Assembly: GCF_009914755.1 (NCBI RefSeq)
Contig: NC_060928.1
Direction: 5' to 3' (one strand)
Source: the human T2T-CHM13v2.0 reference genome, Homo sapiens
DNA: 64,000 bases
Each line of letters begins with the position of its first letter. Within the stretch, counting starts at the first letter, position 1. The position numbers and the translations under genes were made by a program. The notes under the pieces were generated by a model. It did no database searches. It was given only the letters and a program-made list of their open reading frames with translations, and was not told where the DNA came from. Shown piece by piece: positions 36,582 through 50,718 of this stretch.

Positions 36582-38520
36582 GGGGGGTCGCTGGCAAGAT
36601 AGCCAAATAGGAACAGCTCCGATCTGAAGCTCCCAGCAAGATTGACTCAGAAGGCGAGTGATTTCTGCATTTCCAACTGAGGTACCCAGTTCATCTCATT
36701 AGGACTAGTTGGGCAGTGGGTGCAGCCCAATGAGGGCGAGCCGAAGTAGGGTGGGGCATCATCTCACCCAGAAAGCACAAGGGGTTGGGAAACTCCCTCC
36801 CCCAGCCAAGCGAGGCAATTAGGGACTGTACCGTGCACTCAGACACTGTGCACTCAGATACTGTGCTTTCCCCACAGTCTTTGCAACCCGCAGACCAGGA
36901 GATTCCTCCAGGTGCCTATACCACCAGGGCCCTGGGTTTCCAGCACAAAACTGGGTGGCTGTTTGAGCAGACACAGAGCTAGCCACAGGAGTTTTTCTTT
37001 TTTTTTTCATACCCCAGTGGCACCTGGAATATATGGAACTAAAAAAGACCCTGCACAGCCAAGACAATCCTAAGGAGAAAGAACAAAGCTGGAGGCATCA
37101 TGCTACCTGACTTCAAACTATACTACAAGGCTACAGTAACAAAAACAGAATGGTACCAGTACCAAAACAGAGATATGGACCAATAGAACAGAACAGAGGC
37201 CTCAGAAATAATGCTGCACATCTACAACCATCTGATCTTTGACAAACTTGACAAAAACAAGAAATGGGGGAAGAATTCCCTATTTAATAAATGGTGTTGG
37301 GAAAACTGGCTAGCCATATGCAGAAAGCCAAAACTGGATAACTTCCTTACACCTTATACAAAAATTAACTCAAGATGGATTAAAGACTTAAATGTAAGAC
37401 CTAAAACCATAAAAACCCTAGAAGAAAACCTAGGCAATACCATTCAGGACATAGGCATGGGCAAAGACTTCATGACTAAAACACCAAAAGCAATGGCAAC
37501 AAAAGCCAAAATAGACTAATGAGATTTGATTAAACTAAAGAGCTTCTGCACAACAAAAGAAACTATCATCAGAGTGAACAGGCAACCTAAAGAATGAGAG
37601 AAAATTTTTGCAGTCTATCCATTGGAAAAAGGGCTAATGTCCAGAATCTACAAAGAACATAAACGGATTTACAAGAGAAAAACAAACAACTCCATCAAAA
37701 ACTGGGCAAAGACACTTCTCAAAAGAAGACATTAATCCAGCCAAAAAAACACATGAAAAAAAGCTTATCATCACTGGTCATTAGATAAATGCAAATCAAA
37801 ACCACAATGAGATACCATCTCATGCTAATTAGAATGGTGATCAATAAAAAGTCAGGAAACAACAGATGCTGCAGAGGATGTGGAGAAATAGGAACACTTT
37901 TACACTGTTGGTGGGACTGTAAATTAGTTCAACCATTGTGGAAGACAGTGTGGCGATTCCTCAAGGATCTAGAACTAGAAATACCATTTGACCCAGCAAT
38001 CCCATTACTGGGTATATACCCAAGGATTATAAATCATTCTACTATAAAGACACATGCACACATATGTTTATTGCGGCACTGTTAAAACAGCAAAGACTTG
38101 GAACCAACCCAAATGTCCATCAATGATAGACTGGATAAAGAAAATGTGGCACATATACACCATGGAATACTATGCAGCCATAAAAAATAATGAGTTCATG
38201 TCCTTTGCAGGGACATGGATAATGCTGGAAACCATCACTCTCAGCAAACTAACACAAGAACAGAAAACCAGACACCATATGTTCTCACTCATAAGTGGGA
38301 GTTGAACAATGAGAACACATGGACACAGGGAGGGAAATATCACACACCAGGGCCTGTTGGAGGGTAGGGGAGTAGGGGAGGGATAGTATTAGGAGAAACA
38401 CCTAATGTAGATGACGGGTTGATGGGCGCAGCAAACCACCATGGCATGTGTATACCTATGTAACAAACATGCACGTTCTGCACATGTACCCCCAGAACTT
38501 AAAAGTATAATAAAAATAAT
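36582..38520 (+). mobile_element. L1PA7-like element: first ~450 bp of 5'UTR joined to the last ~1.5 kb
   Basis: L1 start 'ggggggtcgctggcaagatagccaaataggaacagctcc'; junction 'cacctggaat|atatggaact' at 37030; ORF2 C-terminal ORFs 37211..37519, 37789..38085, 38054..38305; PA7-type 3'UTR. Confidence 0.93.
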
Positions 38521-38615
38521 GAAAGAAAGAAAAGAAAGAAAAAGAAAGAAAGAAAGAGAGAAAGAGAATGAGAGGGAGGGAAGGAGGAAGGGAGGGAGGA
38601 AGGAAAGAAGGAAGG

Positions 38616-38651
<36 letters not shown>

Positions 38652-38684
38652 AAGGAAGGCAGGAAGGAAGGAAGGAAGCAAGGG
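38521..38684. repeat. Purine-rich (GAAA)n/(GGAA)n tract
   Basis: About 165 bp, almost all purine; GGAA runs of 4-5 broken by GGCA/GCAA. Confidence 0.95.
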
Positions 38685-39345
38685 ATGGATCAGAGATAGG
38701 AATCCACTCTTTAAAAAGAATGATTCACAATTTCTTGGCAAATCTGACTTCAAGCATAAGAAATTAGAAATATTGTTTTCTTGTATCATTTCAAACTTTA
38801 ATGTTCTTACTTATATTTTGTATACATAAATGATTAATAAGTCTTTCAGATACAGATGTTTTGAGTGTTAAACAATTTATTAAACAAACAAAAAGTTCTC
38901 TTAAAAAAATACATGATGAAGTTAACATAGTTCCCCAAAAAGATGCCAATGAAAATAGGTTTCTAAATTTATTTTTAATGTAAGCTTGACAGCACAGAGG
39001 AAATTTATTTTTCATACTGCTAAAACTCTCAGCTAAATGGAGAAGGATCACCACATAATACACATGCTGATACATTGTTTTGTTAATCTTAACAACACAT
39101 CTACTTTTGACAACCTAAGTACAAGCAAGACTTTCTAATTGCCTGCATAATTAAGGAAAAGTGTAAGACTTTCTCACTCAATATTAAAGTTATTTTTAAT
39201 TCAGATTGGTTCACTACAGTATTAAAATCAACAATATATTTTACTTTTAAAAAATTATGCTATTGGTATATGCTATACATCATCCAAATTACCTGATAGA
39301 ATCAATTTTAGACTTTTATTATATTTAAAATATCCCCTCTGTTTT

Positions 39346-39656
<311 letters not shown>

Positions 39657-41104
39657 ATCCCCTCTGTTTTAAGGGCAACAGAGAAAACAAATCTTGTTTT
39701 CTTTTTACATATACTTTCAAAATCATTATAAGGTAATAAATACAATAATATAATTTAGTAGGTGTAATGTGTGCTTGCCCAAATTTTTTACTTATGTGGG
39801 ATGCCTTGCATTATGTATTTTGGATCTCTAAAAGTAATATGTATATAATTTTATCAGCACTAGTAATTTATTATCTTATTATAAATAGCCATTAATTTAA
39901 CATTCCCTTGATTTCATGGAAACAGAAAATTCAGGATCCATTTTCATAAGTAAGCATAAAAAGGATTTTTGAAATAAAAGAAATTTATGAGTAGCAACCT
40001 ATTTAAGAAAAATGCTTATAATAACAGTGACTAACAAAATATTTAGCAAAGAGGATAGAATGCTGTCATAGCAAAAACATAGCAACAAAAGGCAGGTACT
40101 CTTTGGGTTAGTGGCAGTAAGTTACTTAATTTATAAATTTCTTAGATGACATAGGTAAGTTCAAAAGAGGGTAATATTCTTAGCCTTCTGTGTAGCTAGT
40201 TTATTTTTCTTATAAAATTAGATGCTTTGTCATACTCCTCTAATAATGAATGCACATATATTTTTAGATTGATATAACCAGATTCAAAGAACAGAAGTGA
40301 TTATGTCAGATTTATATTGTTCTTTGCAATGTGGTGTTGACATGTTAATGATTCCTATCAGGTGCTAGATGTATTTTTTCTCTAATACTTCTATTCTTCA
40401 CATATTCTCAAGTGGGTGTTACTAGAATAAACTTGCACTGGCGCCCTAGATCCTCTGATTATGTTGTCATCACTTCCACTTCAAATTCACACTTTCTCTC
40501 TTCACCCTGCTTACATTTCATGAAACTCCTTTAAGTTCCAAATAGTCTGTAATATTGTAGTTGGGTGGTTGAAGTGTGTTGGAGTGCATTAACAATCTCT
40601 AAATAAAAACTCTATATTGTGTCTTAATTCTAAAAATGGTTTTTTTAGTCCATCTTATCAGATTACAATTTCCTACAATTTCTCCTGAGTTGCTTCTTTT
40701 TTGTGTGTATGTCATCTCCCTCACTCAGTTATAACTGCTCAGTGATACAGATATATTTCTACATTGTGTAATCCAAAATAATTCAGCACCCTGTTTTTTC
40801 ATTGATGTGAATCTGTCTTCTGACTAGAGGACATCAATGCATATATTTTCTGCATCTTTCTCCCAACATGCTATAAAAAGTCTGGCTATTAAATAAAACA
40901 AGTTAAGGAAAAAAGCTTGCCATCAGAGTCTTATAAAACAATATCCAATTCAGGGAACAAGAGGAAGGAGAAAATATAAGGTAGCACAATAAAAATACAC
41001 AAAAATAGAAAAAATAACAATAAGAAATTAACTCACAGTAGAGAAGATATTATCACGTCAAGGAAGTTTATCTAGTGTGTGTGTACCAAAAATAGTAGAT
41101 CTAG

Positions 41105-41442
<338 letters not shown>

Positions 41443-42011
41443 TTAACGGACCACTAAGGAATAAAGAAATGGGGGCTTGCCGGTAAGAGTTGGGCGTGAA
41501 AGCTGATGCACAATGACAACAATGGTCAGCAAAAATAAGAACATAAATTCTCTTCTCACATATTCTCGGAAACTTGGACTGATGGGTAAAAATAAAATAA
41601 AAAAATTTGAACGATGTGCGTGACATAGGTAAGCTTTACCTTAATGGAAGCACGCAAAACAAAATATTTTCCTATCATTGTTATATAAGCTTTCTAACTC
41701 AAAATATTTTGAGCTTGTGATTCTGTTGGACAATGAGTTAGTATAACCATGAACACACACTTAATTTGATATTTGGAACAGCCAAATACAGGTAGCTTTC
41801 CCAATTTCAACAATTCATTAGAAAGCTTAAGAGGAAAATGTAAATGTATTAAGGCCCAAATAAAGTAAATAAACTAACTGAATGTTTCTTGACTTGTTAG
41901 TGGTTTGAAGGATATGTTAAAGCCAATTGTCTTTTCCTATAGTTGTTACACAGTGCAAGTCAGATCAAAAATTCATGAAATTTGCTGATGGACTATCAAA
42001 GAATCACTAAA

Positions 42012-43826
42012 AAATAATTGTTTCCCTAGGTTATTGGGGTACAGGTAGTACTTGGTTACATGAGTAAATTCTTCAGTGGTGATTTGTGAGATTTTAGTGC
42101 ACCCGTCACCTGAGCAGTATACACAGCCCCATATTTGTAGTCTTTTATCCCTTGACCCCCTCCCACTCTTCCGCCCAAGTTCCCAAAGTCAATTGTATCA
42201 TTCTTATGTCTTTGCGTCCTCATAGCTTAGCTCCCACATATCAGTGGGAACATACGATATTTGGTTTTCCATTCCTGAGTTACTTCACTTAGAATAATGG
42301 TCTCCAATCTCATCCAGGTCACTGCAAATGCTATTAATTCATTTGATTTTATGGCTGAGTAGTATTCCGTCATATATGTATATATACCACAGTTTCTTTA
42401 TCCACTCTTTGATCGATAGGCTTTTAGGTTGGTTCCACGATTTTGCAATTGTGAATTGTGCTGCTATAAACATGCCTGTGCAAGTATCTTTTTCATATGA
42501 CTTCTTTTCCTCTGGGTAGATACCCAGTAGTGGGATTATTGGATCAAATAGTAGTTGTACTTTTAGTTCTTTAAGGAATCTCTGCATTGTTTTCCATAGT
42601 GGCTGTACTGATACAGAAGGGGGACAGGGAGGTGCTGGGAAAGGAAGTGTGGATCCCTGGGAAGGGGTGGGTGGATCCACCCCTGGGCCTGTGTCCACGG
42701 ACCTAGTTGGTGACAGACACTCCTGCCTTCACACCAAAATGCGGCATTTCCCAAGACCACCCCAGCCCTCCATGCCCCCCCATCCAGTACCTGTAATAAC
42801 CCCTGAGACCCTAGCAGGCAGGCACACAAGAAGATGGGCATGGAGAGGAGCAGATCAGCCAAAGAAGACACGAATGGCTGGATGTTGAGAGGGTATTGAT
42901 GGGAGCACGCCGGCAGAAGAGCACACCGACAGACACTGGCAGGTCGGCAGGCCAGCTGGCTGAATGAGGCGGAGTTTGGCTCAGGCAGTCAGAGGAGAGC
43001 CCAGGCCTCTGAGTGGCTGGACTCCAGGGAAAACCATCTCCTTTCTGGCTCCCTCATCTGTTGAGTACTACTTCCACTCAGTAAAACCTTGCACTCATTT
43101 TCCAAGCCCACCTGTGATCCGATTCTTCTGGTACACCAAGGCAAGAACCCAGGATGCAGAAAGCCTTCTGTTCTCCCAAAAAGGTAGAGCATCTAATTGA
43201 GCTGGTTAACACAAGCCACCTACAGATGGCAAGAATAAAAGAGTACCCTTTAGCACACACCAACTGGGGCTTCAGGAGCTGTAAACACCCACCCATAGAC
43301 ACTGCCGTGGGGTCAGAGCCTCACAGCCTGCCTGTCTGTATGTTCTTCTAGAAGTTTGAGTAGCGGGGCACTGAAGAAGTGAAACACTTCCCCTGTTGCA
43401 CGCCTTGCAAGGGGAACAAAGGAACCTTCCCCATTTCAATACTAGTTTACGTTCCCACCAGCAATGTAGAGGTGTTCCCTGCTCACCGCCTCCACACCAA
43501 CATCTGCTGTTTCTTGATTTTTTGATTACAGCCATTCTTGCAGGAGTAAGGTGGTATCACATTGTGGTTTTGATTTGCATTTCCCTGATCATTACTGACG
43601 TTGAGCATTTTTTCATATGTTTGTTGGCCATTTGTATATCTTCTTTTGAGAATTGTCTATTCATGTCCTTAGCCTACTTTTCAATGGGATTGTTTGATTT
43701 TTTTCCTTACTGAATTGTTTGAGTTCATTGTAGATTCTGGATATTAGTCCTTTGTCAGATGTATAGATTGTGAAGATTTTCTCCCACTCTGTGTGTTGTC
43801 TGTTTACTCTGCTGACTATTCCTTTT
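42012..43826 (-). mobile_element. 5'-truncated L1PB (PB1-like) 3' end, split by an LTR
   Basis: 'ggttattggggtacaggtagtacttggttacatgagtaa...gtggtgatttgtgagatttt'; ORF2 C-terminal peptides in ORFs 42339..42698 and 43272..43535. Confidence 0.9.
42609..43438 (+). mobile_element. LTR1-family (ERV1) solo LTR
   Basis: 'tgatacagaagggggacagggaggtgctggg' to 'cccatttca'; 830 bp; GC-rich; TSD gtac/atac; host L1 rejoins as ggctgtac|tagtttac. Confidence 0.8.
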
Positions 43827-44920
43827 ATTTATCTGTCACTCTAGAATCACGACTGTCCTCTCTGTCCCAATGCTTTGAGGTAGGACAGCAGTCACTGTTA
43901 ATCTGTCTAGTGAAATCACATTCTACTTGAATAAAATATATAATGTAAACAGCTGGCAGAGTCTTGTAAATTAAGAATTTAGATCAAGTTTGATATCTCA
44001 TGAATAAAATATATAATCATAGAAATAAATTAACAGTACTTAAATCAATAATAATTATTCTCTTCATGTTTTGATAAAGTTTATCAGTAGGTCACAAAGC
44101 TACTTTATTACTTTAGGTTAGGGAAAACCAGCCAAATAGCAGCTTATTTTTCCAAATTATATTGGCTTATGGCTTTTCTATAACTAACTATAAGACAATA
44201 GGATCGTATGTGAAACATTATTGCCTATATTCCTGAGCATCAATTATTATTGAGAAATGTGATTTTTAAAACCTGATTCTTAAAACCTGATTCATTATAT
44301 GGTTATACTTCATTAATAATTCTATTGTGTTATATAAGACAGCATTTAAATACCTTGTCATAACTAATCTTGAAATTAAAATAATATACTATACTGTATA
44401 ATATACTATTTATTTTGTATAAACCTCTAAAAATTCAAATATACTCTGAGCACTAAAATTAATAATTTTAAGGACACAAAGTTGTGAAAAATTGTATATG
44501 TTACCAAATTGACCACTGAAAGTTATATCAGTTTATATGCCACCTGGAGGTGGATAAGAATGGTATTGTAGCACGTCCATTCAGTTCAACCCAGGCAGTT
44601 TATCTGAATGACTGAGATGGTGTCAGTTTGCCAATCTGTATGCACCCAGACCTATACCTAGTAACTAGTAAAAACTCAGTAAACACTTCTAACTGAATGA
44701 ATGAAAGAATAACTTACTATTTAGGAAAAAAAGTTGCACATTTGGTCACTGAAAACAATCTTACTTTTTTTTTATTTCCTTACTATTGTGTGCTTAAAAA
44801 TTTTACCTCCATATTTTTGTCATTTATTTTTAAAATTTTATAATCTACTTCTTTACACTTTTTGGTCTTATGTTTTAAGTAGGATATCCATCTTTTTTTA
44901 AATGATTGTTAAAGACACTT

Positions 44921-45500
44921 TGTATTAAGCATTTAATTATGTTTTATTGCTGCATCAAAACATATCACAAATTTAGGAGATTAAAACAATGCATATTAAT
45001 ATCTTAAAATTCTAGAAGTTAGAGTCTCATAAGACCAAAATCAAGTTGTCAGCCATTCACAACTCTTCTCTAGAGGCTTTTAAGGACAATCCCCTTCAGA
45101 GATCATTCAGTTCCTTGCAGTTGTAGGACTGAAGGCCCCAGTTCCTTGCTACCTGTTTAACTGGAGGTTATGCTCAGCTTCTGGAGGCTGCTCAAATTCC
45201 TCGTCATCGGTGTCCTCCATTTAAAGCCAACAACAACATGTCAACTCCTTCTTGCTCTTCAAGTCCCATGAGGTATCAAACTGTGACCATCTGTGGAAAA
45301 CTCATTGTTATTTAAAGAATTGATATTATTGGAATAGGTTTCACTGGATAATCTCTTTTTTGATTAACTCAAACATAAATGATGAAGGACTTTAATTACA
45401 TCTGCAAAAACCCTGACCAGGGTGTTCTGTCACATTATATCCTCCCTCCCAGGGATTAGGCAGAAAATCTTGGTGGGCAATTTTAAAATTCTGATCACAC
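44921..45500 (-). mobile_element. MLT1 (D/E-like) MaLR LTR
   Basis: 'attgctgcatcaaaacatatcacaaatttaggagattaaaacaa', 'cagttccttgcagttgtaggactga', 'taattacatctgcaaaaacc'. Confidence 0.72.
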
Positions 45501-46254
45501 CAAAATCCTACTACTCATATATTTTGCAAAAATTTTTCATAGTTTTCTTCTATTTTCTTATGTTAATTTTTCCCTTTTCTCTCTCTTCAACTACTTTATT
45601 CGTTTTATGTGAATACATCCTTTTATGTACAAATAAAAAAATAGTCACTTAGGTGTCATCAAAGTTGTCTAATAACCTCTAATTTACACATGTAATTCAT
45701 TCTGGTTGTAGAAGAAGACACAGATACTGTATTTTACTCCAAAGGATAATGATGAACTATTTACATCAGTACCATATTAAACATTATTTTACACTTTTCA
45801 GATTTAAAATATCTCTTTTCTCAAATTGTAGAAAATTCTTAATCAAATACTGACTTTTAAAGTCCCTTTGATTTTATGATTGTCTATTATTAATCAAATA
45901 TCAATTATTATTCTCTCAGATAAACTGCTTTATTGATTTCCCAAGTTCAGAAATAAGTGCTACAGATAATCTTTATTATAACTCAGCCTACAACTGAAGT
46001 AAATGTGTAAATCAATTTGGAAAATATTGACATTGGGGAGAAAATTTACTTTCTATTCTGAAATATCACTCTGGCTCAGTTTTTTAAAAAAATATGTAAT
46101 TGTATCTCTCTCTAATGTATTATTTTCTCTATAGGTTTACTACACATATATTTTATTATTCTTAAAGACTTACGGCCAAACATGGAGTTTTTTCTAGGTT
46201 TATAACCTTATAAGAACAGAAACTTTGATGGAATACAAATTTTCCTTCTTTACG

Positions 46255-46800
46255 ATTTAACCTTAAATAAGCAAATGTGAAATAGATAGATCAATATTAT
46301 TGTCTTTGCATATAAAATAGTCTAAGGAATCCACTATTAAGATTAAAAGACAAGTTTAGTAATGTTGTAGGATATATATGAACAATACACAAAAACAACT
46401 TGTATTTCTATATACTAGCAATGGATAATCTGAAAATAAGAAAACAAATCTAGTTTCAATGGCTTGAAAATAATAAAGTGTTTAGAAATTATTTTAACAA
46501 AAGAAGTGCATTATTTACACTTTGAAAAGTACAAAACTTTATATAAAAAATTAAAGAAGAGCTAAATAATAAAACACTTCCCATGGTTTATGGATTGGAC
46601 ATTAAGATGATTATAATTTCCAAATTGATCTACGATTCTGCATAATTCCTTTCAAAGTCCTCTCTGGCTACAGGTTTTTTATTTTTTATTTTTTGCATAA
46701 ATCAACAAGATGCCCCTAAAATTAATGTAGAGATGCAAAGTATCCTTAATGGACAAAATAATTTTGAAAAAGAACAGAGTTATACCCCTACATTGCCTAG
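46255..46800 (+). mobile_element. Old L1 ORF2 fragment
   Basis: 'tgtatttctatatactagcaatg', 'ttttaacaaaagaagtgca', 'caaattgatctac', 'ttgaaaaagaacagagtt'. Confidence 0.8.
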
Positions 46801-48479
46801 GTACCCTCCAAAATTTTCTTAGGAGATTTACGTTTAATTGTTTTACAATGTGTTTTCTAAATTGTCATGACTCTGTATTCTACATATTGATAGGTAAATT
46901 ATAGATAGTAGGATTTTATCTTCTCTATCATTTTAATGAAGCTTAATAGAACTATGGATATAATTGATGTCTATTTTTAAAATTTTTATTCTGATATAAC
47001 CCATTTCTCTTTTTCTGATTAATGTTATTTTCTTTTTCCCTTGAAGCCCCTGCTAAAATAAGATGTTGCTGTAAACCTCAAGTTTTGTTTGGTTTTGGAT
47101 TTGTCATTGTTTTTATTTTTCTCTTGAATCAGCGCCTAGCTTCATTATCTCAATGAATAGTATAATCTTAAAACTAAGCTGTTTCTCTTTTAACCAGGAC
47201 CATGTCAATAAAGCAGAAAATTATGCACTGTCTGAAATTTAGTAAATAATTCTAAATTTTAATGATATCTTATATGAGGAGCCACTATAAAGCTTTAAAA
47301 TATATGCATATTTTAATGATTTTTCGGAAAGTATAAAATATCTTTTTCCCATTAGGCTGTTGTTTAAAATGCTTTTTGTTTAAGTGCGTCTATAAAGCTA
47401 GTGCATTTCAGTACAGAAAAGAACGTGTGAAGGGATTTCTAAATCTAAAACAAAGGGCAATGTATTCCATAATACTTATCTGATTATATGCTGACTATAT
47501 TTCCTTCATGCCAGCATGGAGACAAAAGTAGAATGTTAGAAAGTGTCCCGAGTATCAATTTACCCATTATCTCTAATGAAATTAAATAATGCATGAGGGA
47601 CTACAGATTGTAATAATAAATATGCAATAAACTTCTTAGCAATGCAAAGAATAAAGTAACTTTTTATTCATCTACAGGCAAGTAATTTTCAGCTTTTTAA
47701 AAGCTAGATTACCCAGATGATTGTATGATTGGCCTCAGTGTCAGAAAAGATGTTTTCTCTCAGGAAGAGTAATCACTGTAATGTTAAACCACAATCAGTT
47801 TCATATTCTTATCAATTTTTTAAGTCACGTGAAAATTAGATCAAAGCAAACAAAAAGGTTGAAATAAGCTATTTGGCTAAAGAGACAATTATTCTGAAGG
47901 CACACTGTATGACTTTAGAAAACATTGTGACATTATTTTACTTTGGTACATTATTGTTTCTACTATATTTAATCCTTTATGCTTATGATATTAGCTCAAT
48001 GTTTTTCATCTTCTGTAGTTACCATTGGCATGTGTATACACTTAAAATTGATAAGGTGTTGATGGTCTCCAATACTGCTTCTCTGTTTCAAAAATGTACC
48101 TTCAAAATATAATAAATAGAAGTGGATAATGTAATGGTTATTTTGTGCAATAATCTATAACTTTCAAAGCTAATTTGAGTGTAATGTTGCTTACTATACT
48201 CTAATAATATATATAGGTCCAGTTACTGAACTTCATTAGGATAAGACACGCAAAATAAAATTTTAAAACACTAAATATTTTTTGACTCTGAGTCTAAAAG
48301 AAATTTAAATAGCTTAGAAAATAAAGCAACACCCAGACTTGACTTCCTCTGGTCAAATGATGGACTGAGTTTCAACTAAATTAATTTTGAAAAAAAAAAA
48401 AACTATTTCCTGTCAATTCCATGTTATATGCATCACATATGGCTTAACTGGCATAATCCTCAAATGTGCTGCAGATTTT

Positions 48480-48730
48480 ATTAGCACAAACTCTGAAGCC
48501 AGGTATTAACAGGTTTTAATAGCTTCACTTGCTCTGGAAATCTTAGGGGATAGTGTTTGCTTTCCTTAAGTTTCAAATTTATTACCCCCAGAAAAGAAGA
48601 TGAGGACAGTAAGTGCCTCATGGAATTTTGGGAAAAATTACGGTGCTGAAACCTATAGATATCTTAGTACAGAGCCTGATTTTTATGGTATGTGCTCAGT
48701 AAACACTAGTTATTATCATTATTATTATTA
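48480..48730 (+). mobile_element. MIR
   Basis: 'cttagtacagagcctg...gtgctcagtaaacactagttattatcattattattat' resembles the MIR 3' end. Confidence 0.6.
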
Positions 48731-49483
48731 TGAATCTATTATTCTGGGTTCTTTTCCTATTCAAACAGTTTCTTTTGTTGTATTTAGATCCTCACCTCAG
48801 AGAATAAATTTTAAAAACCTTTAATAGCAGAAGAGGAGATTAACATGTATAGGGAGATGGGAGGAAAGGGAAGGAAAGAGGTAGAGATGGGTAGGCAGAG
48901 AGAGAAAAAAAAAACAATATATACCAAAGTGGTAAGTGGTATAGTAAATAGTTTATGTTCAGTGGGAATCCAGATGTTTCAGGACTCAGTGGAAATTGCA
49001 ATAGGAAAAAGTTGTCTTATTGGGGAACTGGAATTTTTTAGTGTCATAAATTACAGATGGGGTTTTAAAAGGTATACCAGAAAGGAAAGGGCAATTCTTT
49101 TTTTATTACTGGAGGAATCAGAAAGATTCCTCACAAGGAGGTACAACCTATAAATTTAGAAGATTAAATTTGATAGTAGTGCTAACACTGTTGATTGAGA
49201 GAAGAGATACTTAAGACAGAACATGAGATACTTATTTAATCTAGCAACCTAGAATAAATTCAAAGTTGGATATAGACATCTAGTAGAAATGAAGAAAAGA
49301 GTATAAGGTAACAGAGTTAGGTGAAGTTATGTGTATCATTACATAATTCTGAATCTGATTTCAATCCAAATGCCCAAACATCAATTTTTCTGGATATTTT
49401 TGCCTTATATCCCTTTTCTCAGTGGAAGTTTTAATTGTATTCTCTTTTGCTCCCATAAATGTCCTAGTTTGGAGATCGATCGA

Positions 49484-49487
49484 TCTG

Positions 49488-49533
<46 letters not shown>

Positions 49534-49547
49534 ATCATCATCTATCA
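49484..49547. repeat. (TATC)n microsatellite
   Basis: About 11 units, read directly. Confidence 0.95.
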
Positions 49548-49952
49548 TGTAATTGTTCACTTACTTTTAACTGGCATCTATACAACTGTTGAACACATAC
49601 ATTTTTTTAATGGGTAATACTTCACCTCAGTCCCTGGGTTACAATAATCTGACTCTTAAATTTGCTTGCACTTTAATTACCATAATCATTTTACTTGTTA
49701 TTAAATGTACAATTTGTAATTGTAGAATTAACCACAGAATTGTATGCTTAGAAGTTAGAAATACATAATTTTTTTGTGTTTGATTCCTTTTTAATTAAAA
49801 AACTATTATACAGGTTAAGACCAGAGAGTCACATTCTAGAAAAACAAATTACTTACCTACCCTGTGTTTTGGGGGCCATTTTATAGAGGTAAAATGGACT
49901 TTTGTCCATTTCAGGACAAATGTCAAGGCTCATGATACCCCACCCAGTAAGC

Positions 49953-49964
49953 TTATTTATTTAC

Positions 49965-50007
<43 letters not shown>

Positions 50008-50008
50008 T
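49953..50008. repeat. (TTTA)n microsatellite
   Basis: About 13 units with minor interruptions. Confidence 0.95.
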
Positions 50009-50408
50009 ATTTTGTACAATGGATACCCAGAGAAGCCTAACTGGCTTAAGTAAAATAGTGAGAGCAGGTTGAGCATTTATGAGGGCTGCAAAATTGCAAG
50101 GTTTAAATTTCCCACTAGCATCAAAAGAGGAGGCTAGCAGATGCTTGTCCAGTTGTCGGGTCAAAGAAGAAAAAGAGGTTGAGACTTACAAAGAAGTCAG
50201 TGATCTAATATCAGTAATGAATCTGAATCTTTATTACACTTATAAATTAATGCTATAGCTACTTCAAACCAGGAACAATTATAGGAAACAATAATACTAA
50301 AATTTCAGGAATAACATCAGCTCTTAGTAACTAGATTTGAAAAACACATTTTAATCATTTAAGGCTCCCTAAAATACTTATATACTACCATATATAGAAA
50401 GTAAATAG

Positions 50409-50718
<310 letters not shown>

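Noticed and set aside
37020-37040. Spliced L1 (SpIRE) explanation for the L1PA7 junction
   Set aside because: Recalled consensus flanks give no AG acceptor or GT donor at the breakpoint; kept as an internal deletion
38441-38767. 108-aa Arg/Lys/Glu-rich ORF
   Set aside because: Translation of the L1 tail and GGAA microsatellite
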